This document shows, in pieces, positions 1 through 6,004 of a stretch of DNA of 25,906 bases (the stretch's first letter is position 1; every line of letters starts with the position of its first letter). Location: IMG/VR virus record IMGVR_UViG_2740892258_000020; one strand, given 5' to 3'. The translations under genes were made by a program, and so were the position numbers. This DNA comes from a virus. Lineage: Duplodnaviria > Heunggongvirae > Uroviricota > Caudoviricetes. The notes under the pieces are model-generated. The model made no database searches. It saw only the letters and a list, made by a program, of their open reading frames with translations, and was not told the DNA's origin.

Positions 1-774
1 TCAATCTGTCAATGCAACACCCCTTTCAACTGCAAGCCCCCAGGTAAAGCAGTCATGCCCGCGCCCCGCCAGCGCCCCGGATTTGTACGCCTCAAGCGTT
101 ACATCAGCCGGGATGGTGGTTTCGCCGTATTCTTTGCGCAGCAGTTCGATAGATTCAGCGATCAGCGCGTCGGTCAGGTCGCGTGAGCAAAACAGGTATT
201 TCACGCCACCATAAACACGGTGGAAGCCCGTAATGTTGTATTCGTAAATGTCCTCCATTGAGTTAACGCTACCTTCCTCAAACTTGTCTGTAATCGCTTC
301 TACAGCCTCTTTGGTTGGGCCATCCGTCCACGAAACATAGAGCGCGTTATAGTCACGCATACGGACAGAAAACTTCACTCCGGGGAAATGCTTTTTCAGC
401 AGAATACGGATGTTTTTAGCGGCTAGCTTGGTGGTGTTGCTTTCGGTGGCCGTGGTCAGCAATCCGGCGTTTTCCGGGTCAGCGCTGGCGCGTTCGTTCG
501 CCAGCTGGCGGGCATCTTCTTTCGCCTGGTGTCTCGCTTCGCGCTGGTCGGTCACACTCTGCACAACCTGACGGCGGGCGCGGAGTTCATCGAGTGGAAG
601 GGTCTTATCGATCACCTGGTAAAAGCGCAGGGAAGTTTCCAGCAGCGGGGCGCAGGTTGGGGCATTCAGGCCGAGGATGGTATAGCTGATTTTGCCGTCA
701 GCCAGATTAACCGCGCTTACTACATACTCGTTTTTAAAAGAGGTGAGGCACTGGCCGACAGTTAAAGTAGTCAT
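1..774 (-). CDS. hypothetical protein (257 aa) in GC-rich flank outside the prophage structural module
   Basis: ORF 1..813 on minus strand; start most likely the internal ATG at 774..772, which has AGGAGT 7 nt upstream (the ORF-track start at 813 is a GTG). Stop at 1..3. No domain recognised. Confidence 0.55.
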   Translation of the reverse strand: MTTLTVGQCLTSFKNEYVVSAVNLADGKISYTILGLNAPTCAPLLETSLRFYQVIDKTLPLDELRARRQVVQSVTDQREARHQAKEDARQLANERASADPENAGLLTTATESNTTKLAAKNIRILLKKHFPGVKFSVRMRDYNALYVSWTDGPTKEAVEAITDKFEEGSVNSMEDIYEYNITGFHRVYGGVKYLFCSRDLTDALIAESIELLRKEYGETTIPADVTLEAYKSGALAGRGHDCFTWGLAVERGVALTD

Positions 775-857
775 GATGTTACTCCTGATAATCGCCGCTT
801 TGGGCTGTGTCACCGGGCGGCGGTATTGCCTCCCGATGAATTAAGTATCGCTCTTTT

Positions 858-1018
858 TGCCCTCAAAATTATGGGCGTTGGCCTCAACACGATTTTACGT
901 CACTTAAAAAACTCAGGCCGCAGCCGGTAACCTCGCGCATACAGCCGGGCAGTGACGTCATCGTCTGCGCGGAAATGGACGAACAGTGGGGCTATGTCGG
1001 GGCTAAATCGCGCCAGCG
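858..1018 (+). mobile_element. IS1 internal fragment (insB-coding portion), about 160 bp, lacking both inverted repeats
   Basis: Near-identical to the IS1 sequence as I recall it (ATTATGGGCGTTGGCCTCAACACGATTTTACGTCACTTAAAAAACTCAGGCCGCAG...GGCTAAATCGCGCCAGCG); one frame reads [23 protein letters not shown] as in InsB. Similarity stops abruptly on both sides. Confidence 0.7.
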
Positions 1019-1218
1019 AGCGTCTGCCCGTTCCATACCGGCATACAGCGCATCGCCGAGCAGAAATCACTGAGAACATCCCACGCCTTACGCTGTGTGG
1101 TCAGCCAGGCATTACAGGTGATGCGCGGCTCCGTGCCACCAAAGCCATCCGGCACCGACTGGTCGCAATACTGGCCGATGACATAATTCCTGCTTCAAAG
1201 ATTGAGAAGGAGACGAGA

Positions 1219-1617
1219 ATGTACGGAACATGCGAAACGCTATGCCGGGAGCTGGCAGCAAAGTATCCGGGAGACGCGCCGCTGATGCTGGTTATCTGGT
1301 CCCCGGAAGAAATTCAGGCCCTCGCTGACGGAATGGATATTTCCCTGTCCGATCATGAAATCAGGACTGTCCTGGCGCGCCTGGAGGACATCCCGGAAGA
1401 CCAGCGGACTGAATCCGGTATTTCTTCCGGTGCGGCGATGGAGATCATCAATAACGTGAGAGAAAACCGCCAGGTGACCGTCCCTGCTGAACTGCTGGCG
1501 TCCCTGATTCAGACCGCCGAACAGGCACTGTGGAAACGTGAGTGGGCCGCCCGTGTGTACCACGGTGTATCTGTAATTTTAAATAACTCTCCCTGGATAA
1601 AATCTTCAGAAGCATAA
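1219..1617 (+). CDS. hypothetical protein (132 aa); C-terminus probably altered by the rearrangement junction near 1567
   Basis: ATG at 1219 preceded by GAAGGAGACGAGA (GGAG-type RBS). The ORF-track start at 952 lies inside the IS1 fragment in a different frame from insB. GC-rich coding sequence switches to AT-rich after ~1567. Confidence 0.5.
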   Translation: MYGTCETLCRELAAKYPGDAPLMLVIWSPEEIQALADGMDISLSDHEIRTVLARLEDIPEDQRTESGISSGAAMEIINNVRENRQVTVPAELLASLIQTAEQALWKREWAARVYHGVSVILNNSPWIKSSEA

Positions 1618-2408
1618 AAAAGAGGCTGGCCCGGTATTCTCTCAAATAAAAAACGAGCATTTTTAAATCGACTGACATCCGGAAGAGTTGATACTTTAAA
1701 AGTAAGCCCTAATCCGTCAATTTTATAACCTGGAGATGAGGCTTCAAGGCACGCGCTTATTGCAGTGGAATCGTCATTTATACCATCACCAACAGCTCCA
1801 AAATCTTTGGGGCTAATAGCATCACGCATTTTATCCTGGAACGTTCGGTACACAGCCCCAGAACCATACTGAATAAACCAACCAAAACCACCAACAACCC
1901 CGGAGATTGCAGCATCGACATAATTACGCATTGAGCGATTATTTACAGCGTCCTGCTCAAATGATGGATCTGCAAGGTTAGAAATTTTGTTTTGCTTTGC
2001 ATCGTAATATTTTGCAAGCAAAGATGGTTTCATCAATGCACGTCTGAACCACCCAAAACATTGCTGGATCAGCATCGTCAGGTAGTCAAAGGCATCTTCA
2101 TGCACTTCGGGGAAAAATTTTCCCTGATTGCGAAGGTCTGTCTCCTGCACTACATCAAGCACACGATCTATCGTAATTCGCCATCCAGTAGCAAGCGGAG
2201 ACGGAAGAACCACAGAACCGCCACTATAAGTGCCCGCCCCAGTTACCGTATAACCGGTATCCAGAACCAATTCTGTTACGTTTCCGTTCAGGTCAGACAC
2301 CTGAACAACCAGGTCTGATTTTCTGAAAACTCGAAAAGTATACGGAAACGATGTCGTAACGCCGTTACCGGTGTATTCGTTGTGGTCAACTTCGGTTGAG
2401 ACCGTCAT
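1509..2408 (-). pseudogene. truncated tail fiber/tailspike: N-terminal virion-attachment domain plus the start of a pectate-lyase-like beta-helix (depolymerase) domain; genuine sequence ends near residue 280 (~1567)
   Basis: N-terminus MTVSTEVDHNEYTGNGVTTSFPYTF...DLVVQV is the recurring podovirus tailspike N-terminal pattern; PKDFGAVGDGINDDSTAI is a typical start of a right-handed beta-helix depolymerase domain. Only ~90 residues of that domain are present before the ORF runs into unrelated GC-rich sequence. GGAG RBS 8 nt upstream of the ATG. Confidence 0.6.
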
Positions 2409-2461
2409 GTTAAATCTCCAGATAGTCGCAGCACCCGTTGCGCCGCATATCTGGTTATTCT

Positions 2462-2483
2462 ATTACCTGGAAAACCACATATG
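2462..2483. promoter_or_regulatory. conserved 22-bp element ATTACC-N5-AACCACATATG, copy 1, upstream of the tailspike gene
   Basis: ATTACCTGGAAAACCACATATG here and ATTACCAATTTAACCACATATG at 22241..22262; both lie 30-75 bp upstream of a minus-strand late gene start. Confidence 0.45.
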
Positions 2484-2511
2484 GATAGAAAGGCTGTAAA
2501 TACGAATAGAT

Positions 2512-2527
2512 ATTACCTTTCAGGTAA
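2512..2527. promoter_or_regulatory. operator-like palindrome ATTACC-TTTCA-GGTAA, site 1, in the tailspike / 85-aa gene divergent region
   Basis: Inverted repeat TTACC-N5-GGTAA; one of five copies in the window, all intergenic. Confidence 0.55.
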
Positions 2528-2564
2528 TTTGCAAAACGTGCTGGATAGCAAACAAATTATTTGC

Positions 2565-2584
2565 TACTGTATAAATATACAGTT
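2565..2584 (+). promoter_or_regulatory. LexA (SOS) box immediately upstream of the 85-aa gene
   Basis: TACTGTATAAATATACAGTT matches the E. coli LexA consensus TACTGTATATATATACAGTA at 18 of 20 positions with the CTGT-N8-ACAG core intact; it ends 20 nt before the ATG and overlaps the likely -10 region. Confidence 0.7.
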
Positions 2585-2603
2585 ATTGCATGGAGAAGAT
2601 AAG

Positions 2604-2861
2604 ATGCAGCAGTATCACTATCCACTGGAAGACGGATTTACCGAAAGGATTCACACGCCGGGAGGCGTCAGGTCACTGGTGGAGGGATCGCACTTGATGA
2701 AATTACTCCGGGATCTCGATAAGGATGGATTTAATGTCGATGGCCCACTTGCCGAACTGACTGCACTGATTAACTACGTCACCAGCTCACAGATGTCTAT
2801 GCAGGATCTGCAAACACATCTCGACTATTGTGCCGAACAATTACGAAAACAAACCCGGTAA
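2604..2861 (+). CDS. small protein (85 aa) that is a standalone copy of the Bro-N antirepressor C-terminal domain; predicted SOS-inducible
   Basis: ATG at 2604 with GGAG 9 nt upstream (ORF-track start at 2481 is an unlikely extension). Residues ~15-75 (IHTPGGVRSLVEGSHLMKLLRDLDKDGFNVDGPLAELT...DLQTHLDY) align with the C-terminus of the 4247..4942 protein (IHSPSGVLGLTENSLLMNLLNQLQEDGHDVSGAAAELT...DIQTHAEY). Confidence 0.6.
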   Translation: MQQYHYPLEDGFTERIHTPGGVRSLVEGSHLMKLLRDLDKDGFNVDGPLAELTALINYVTSSQMSMQDLQTHLDYCAEQLRKQTR

Positions 2862-2868
2862 ATTTAAA

Positions 2869-2884
2869 GGCCGCAAGAGCGGCC
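2869..2884. terminator. shared hairpin GGCCGC-AAGA-GCGGCC between convergent genes; U-tract on the minus-strand side
   Basis: Perfect 6-bp GC stem directly after the stop of the minus-strand toxin-like gene and 8 nt after the stop of the 85-aa gene; followed on the minus strand by TTTAAATTT. Confidence 0.45.
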
Positions 2885-2885
2885 A

Positions 2886-3392
2886 TTAACAGTCGTAAAA
2901 TTCCGGGTCCCACAAACTTGCATCGCGCGGCATGGATTCTAAATTTTTCAGCCGCAAAATTCTGTCACACTCGACAAGAAGTTTTTGTTTTTGTTCGTCA
3001 ATTTCTACTTTTTTGTGTGCTGGCTCATCCCAGTAATCCAGAAGAAACGCATGTCGCTCAGACGTTACAAGATAAATCACATACACATCACTGGTTGGTA
3101 TTTTTTTATGCTTGTTGGTGGTCTTGTCTTTCTTCCCGGATGCCCAGTTTTTCCAGCATTGTTCCGTACCGCTCTCACCAAACTTGTCAGTATAGTTTCC
3201 GATGTTTACGTGAACGTGGCGTATGTGATATTCCAGCATCTCTTTCGGTGGATCCCGAAACAGAGTGTCCTTTCCGAAATCCTTATGATGACCGTAGCGC
3301 CAGTGATCTATGAACGCGTTTTTGATAGGTATTAGCTCAGGGTCCTTCCCAAAAATTCCAGGGTGAACCAACCCCTGGAATTTATTCAGCAT
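2886..3392 (-). CDS. YafO-family toxin-like protein (168 aa), probable mRNA-interferase type toxin
   Basis: Motifs resembling E. coli YafO as I recall it: PGIFGKD (YafO PDIFGRD), HVHVNIGNYTDKF (YafO IHLANENNPF), VYVIYLVTSERHAFLLDYWDEPAHKK (YafO HLVYCQGAFDEQAWLLIAILKPEPHK), plus a Lys-rich insertion. Start at ATG 3392..3390 with AGGAG 10 nt upstream; it overlaps the stop of the upstream gene by 11 nt. The ORF-track start at 3497 would give an implausible Arg/Ser/Cys-rich N-terminus. Confidence 0.5.
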   Translation of the reverse strand: MLNKFQGLVHPGIFGKDPELIPIKNAFIDHWRYGHHKDFGKDTLFRDPPKEMLEYHIRHVHVNIGNYTDKFGESGTEQCWKNWASGKKDKTTNKHKKIPTSDVYVIYLVTSERHAFLLDYWDEPAHKKVEIDEQKQKLLVECDRILRLKNLESMPRDASLWDPEFYDC

Positions 3393-3801
3393 CGTCGTAG
3401 AGCTCCTGAGCCATATCTTCGGCAGTGCGTGCAAACATCCTGCGCGAGATTGCATGAGATTTCTCGACGGACATCTTTGGGACCTCATGCATAACATTTT
3501 TGGGAGTTGTGTAATAGCCTATTACAATTTTCACACCTGACTTATGATTAATATCAGCATAATATACTTCTTGTTCAGACGTTTCACGACGAACATAATC
3601 TGCCAGTTTTCCACATTTAAATTCCCCTCCCTGATGTTTTAAAATCTCCTCAACTGCACTATTTTCAGTGAAATACCGAATAAGAAATTTCTGTCCAGAC
3701 TCTTCAGCATGAGGTATAACAGTATTATTGGAAGCCCGAACAATGGCCTTACTCAATATTTCATGGTCTTTATTTTTTTCTGATTTCCTCAAATGCTGCA
3801 T
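3382..3801 (-). CDS. unknown 139-aa protein translationally coupled to the toxin-like gene; candidate antitoxin or sensor partner
   Basis: ATG at 3801 with GAGAG upstream (ORF-track start at 3837 is TTG). Its stop lies inside the first codons of the downstream gene. Does not resemble YafN/Phd-type or RelB/RHH antitoxins that I can recognise. AT-rich. Confidence 0.6.
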   Translation of the reverse strand: MQHLRKSEKNKDHEILSKAIVRASNNTVIPHAEESGQKFLIRYFTENSAVEEILKHQGGEFKCGKLADYVRRETSEQEVYYADINHKSGVKIVIGYYTTPKNVMHEVPKMSVEKSHAISRRMFARTAEDMAQELYDDAE

Positions 3802-3933
3802 TACTGTAGCTCTCTTCGTGTTCACGGGCACCCCCAACTACCTCTAGGGTAAACATTCTATCGAAAGTATACGCATACTGGCAAAAAAATAGGCAGGTAT
3901 TTTCTGAAATGGGATCAATCAAACCACATAGGG

Positions 3934-3977
3934 TTGAAATAACGTGAGTTATGCATTTATTATTACCTTTGCGGTAA
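3934..3977 (+). promoter_or_regulatory. sigma70-like promoter (TTGAAA-17/18-TATTAT) overlapped at the -10/+1 region by operator palindrome site 2 (ATTACC-TTTGC-GGTAA, 3962..3977)
   Basis: Good -35 and -10 hexamers with correct spacing; palindrome begins inside the -10. Points toward the Bro-N gene. Confidence 0.5.
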
Positions 3978-4069
3978 ATTTACATCGCACTCCTCTTGTG
4001 CCATAGTAATCGGGCACTGGAAAAATCCAGTGCCGGGATTGGCGTCCCGGATTACTAAAAGGCGCATTC

Positions 4070-4090
4070 ACCGCGCAAGCGGTTTTTTTA
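4070..4090 (+). terminator. intrinsic terminator-like hairpin (CCGC-GCAA-GCGG with GNRA loop, then 7 T) inside the 5-prime leader of the Bro-N gene
   Basis: ACCGCGCAAGCGGTTTTTTTAT about 100 nt downstream of the promoter and about 155 nt upstream of the Bro-N ATG; preceded by two further stem-loops (4011..4036 and 4034..4050). Confidence 0.4.
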
Positions 4091-4246
4091 TGCGTATAGC
4101 ACGGCCACATTCGTATTATGGTGGGCTGTGTGGGGGCACCGAAAGGTGCGCCGGGTCCTTTTAGCCGGTTACGCCAACCCTGCACAGTTCACCACCAACC
4201 GATTGGCGTCGGTAGTGGTGATTAACCAGACTAAAAGGTAACCACT

Positions 4247-4942
4247 ATGACAGCTACAAAAAGCACGTCCATTTTTTCTTTCGAATCCCAAGCCGATATA
4301 CGGGTAATCGTCATTAATGGTGAGCCATGGTTTATCGCTTCAGATGTTTGTCGGGCTATAGGCATAGCAAATCATCGAGATGCTGTTCGAAAACTTGATG
4401 ATGATGAGAAGGGCGTCGCTTCAACCGACACCCCTGGCGGTGAGCAAGAATCGATCATCATCTCCGAGTCAGGCCTCTACACACTGATCCTCCGCTGCCG
4501 CGACGCAGTGACACCAGGCACTATCCCCTACCGCTTTCGTAAATGGGTTACAGGTGAGGTTCTTCCTCAGATCCGCCGCACCGGAAGTTACATTAAAAAC
4601 TCGCTCCCGCAGGAAGAACGCATAAAGATGGTTGCCGACCAGGTAGCCAACGCCACAGCATCAGCAGTGATGCAGGCAATGAAGATAGAGAACAAAACCT
4701 ACAGTGCCCCACTGAAGCCCGGCTACCGCAGCCTGATTCATTCGCCGTCTGGTGTTCTCGGCCTGACGGAGAACTCACTGCTGATGAATCTGCTGAACCA
4801 GTTACAGGAAGACGGGCACGACGTATCGGGCGCGGCGGCGGAGCTGACCACCATGTTCTGCTACATCGTCGGTGTGAGCAAGTGCCTGCGTGATATCCAG
4901 ACGCACGCGGAGTACATCAACGACAAGGCTGGGTTCTTCTGA
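4247..4942 (+). CDS. Bro-N domain phage antirepressor-like protein (231 aa) with a C-terminal domain shared with the 85-aa protein
   Basis: N-terminus FSFESQADIRVIVINGEPWFIASDVCRAIGIANHRDAVRKLDDDEK...ESGLYTLILRCRDAVTPGTIPYRFRKWVTGEVLPQIRRTG is the canonical Bro-N (phage antirepressor N-terminal) signature. Confidence 0.8.
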   Translation: MTATKSTSIFSFESQADIRVIVINGEPWFIASDVCRAIGIANHRDAVRKLDDDEKGVASTDTPGGEQESIIISESGLYTLILRCRDAVTPGTIPYRFRKWVTGEVLPQIRRTGSYIKNSLPQEERIKMVADQVANATASAVMQAMKIENKTYSAPLKPGYRSLIHSPSGVLGLTENSLLMNLLNQLQEDGHDVSGAAAELTTMFCYIVGVSKCLRDIQTHAEYINDKAGFF

Positions 4943-4979
4943 CGGGCGGCGGCACATGGATGTGCCTTTAAAATAATCA

Positions 4980-5023
4980 TTGGCGATGTGATGTAGATTC
5001 GCGTAATATTACCTTACGGGTAA
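4980..5023 (+). promoter_or_regulatory. sigma70-like promoter (TTGGCG-18-TAATAT) overlapped by operator palindrome site 3 (ATTACC-TTACG-GGTAA, 5008..5023)
   Basis: Same promoter/operator geometry as at 3934..3977; about 60 nt upstream of the 210-aa gene. Confidence 0.45.
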
Positions 5024-5082
5024 GAAAGCGTTTTTAATCTTCCCTTCAAAACGCGTCCTGTAGCCAAACATGGGAGGACGAA

Positions 5083-5715
5083 ATGAAAACAAATACAACA
5101 AGAAAAGCGATGCCATACATTATCCCAGAAGCAGATTTCGACAGAAAACTGAACATGTCTGAGAAGAACACTAGTCACACCGAAAGCTACTTAGCGAAAG
5201 GTGTGGTTGATTTCGTTCTTCCGGGATTCACAACACCTTATGGTTATCGCCTTGTAAAATCTTGTAATGGCGATCATTACAGAATGATTACTACCAGCGA
5301 TACTCCAGAAACGGTGTATGCGGTTAAGTTAATCTTTCGGGAAGATATCGTCGAAGCTAAAAGAACATGTACGCAGATCATGGTATGGCGTACGCCTAAT
5401 GTTATTCATGACCGTGCTGTTCATGGTTTGCCTCAGATTTTTTTTCAGTTCTTCCTAGAGCAATATGCGATCGTTGTATCTGATGAGCAACAAACAATCG
5501 ATGGGAGAAGATTCTGGGAAAGAATGATTTCTTGGGCTATAAACACCCCGGGATATAATGTATACGTTTCAGATGGCTCTGAAGAAGATAGACCTCTTAG
5601 CTTCATGACATCATGGGATGATTTCTATAGCCAGTGGGCTGATTTCTGTTGGGGCAGTGATAAAGATGTGCATACCCACAGACTACTGGTTATAAGCAAA
5701 GATAAACTGCATTAA
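5083..5715 (+). CDS. hypothetical cargo protein (210 aa), monocistronic
   Basis: ATG with GGGAGGA RBS 5 nt upstream; followed by a strong intrinsic terminator; AT-rich; no recognisable motif. Confidence 0.7.
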   Translation: MKTNTTRKAMPYIIPEADFDRKLNMSEKNTSHTESYLAKGVVDFVLPGFTTPYGYRLVKSCNGDHYRMITTSDTPETVYAVKLIFREDIVEAKRTCTQIMVWRTPNVIHDRAVHGLPQIFFQFFLEQYAIVVSDEQQTIDGRRFWERMISWAINTPGYNVYVSDGSEEDRPLSFMTSWDDFYSQWADFCWGSDKDVHTHRLLVISKDKLH

Positions 5716-5719
5716 TAGA

Positions 5720-5742
5720 AGCCCGCAGCGCGGGCTTTTTTG
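5720..5742 (+). terminator. rho-independent terminator AGCCCGC-AGC-GCGGGCT followed by TTTTTT
   Basis: Perfect 7-bp GC-rich stem and six T immediately after the stop of the 210-aa gene. Confidence 0.75.
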
Positions 5743-5813
5743 TGGACGAAACAAAAGTCAGTGCTACACTCATTGACGCCACATTGAGGTGGCTTATAGA
5801 TGGAAATTTCACA

Positions 5814-5975
5814 ATGAAAAAAGCATTTGCTGCACTGTTCGTTTTGTTGTCTCTGGTAGCTTCAACTCAGGCCTTTGCCGGTCGTTGTCAGCACGACAGC
5901 GATACTGCTGCTGACGGCTCCCGCTGCGGTGGGCGTTCTGCGGATTCCCGCCCGGGTGGCGGTGGCATTCGTTAA
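5814..5975 (+). CDS. possible small secreted peptide (53 aa): Sec-type signal peptide then a Gly/Asp/Arg-rich 31-aa mature region with two Cys
   Basis: MKKAFAALFVLLSLVASTQAFA|GRCQHDSDTAADGSRCGGRSADSRPGGGGIR. Upstream TTGACG-16-TATAGA promoter-like hexamers; weak or no SD. Bracketed by terminators at 5720..5742 and 5981..5998. Confidence 0.35.
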   Translation: MKKAFAALFVLLSLVASTQAFAGRCQHDSDTAADGSRCGGRSADSRPGGGGIR

Positions 5976-5980
5976 AAACA

Positions 5981-5998
5981 AGGCCGCGAAAGCGGCCT
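5981..5998. terminator. bidirectional hairpin AGGCCGC-GAAA-GCGGCCT; T-run on the minus-strand side terminates the 283-aa gene
   Basis: 7-bp stem with GAAA loop; on the minus strand followed by TGTTTTTAAC. Confidence 0.65.
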
Positions 5999-6004
5999 GT
6001 TTGA

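Noticed and set aside
952-1218. N-terminal 89 codons of the ORF-track 221-aa ORF.
   Set aside because: This stretch overlaps the IS1 fragment in a frame different from insB and is followed by an internal ATG with a strong GGAG RBS at 1219, so the extension is probably non-coding.
2512-2527. Interpreting the ATTACC-N5-GGTAA palindrome as a binding site for a known host regulator (NarL/NarP-type heptamer pairs, CpxR GTAAA repeats).
   Set aside because: Half-site sequence and spacing do not fit those consensus sites as I recall them; the restriction of the motif to prophage promoters favours a phage-encoded regulator.
2481-2603. Upstream extension of the 85-aa gene (ORF-track start at 2481).
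   Set aside because: It would place the LexA box and promoter-like elements inside the coding sequence; the ATG at 2604 has a proper GGAG RBS.
3393-3497. N-terminal 35-codon extension of the toxin-like ORF (start at 3497).
   Set aside because: It would overlap the upstream gene by 116 nt and encode an Arg/Ser/Cys-rich peptide; the ATG at 3392 with an AGGAG RBS gives the canonical short antitoxin-toxin overlap.
3949-4185. Minus-strand 78-aa ORF inside the Bro-N leader region.
   Set aside because: It lies antisense to a promoter/hairpin/terminator arrangement, has no RBS, and its sequence is dominated by codons forced by the GC-rich hairpins.
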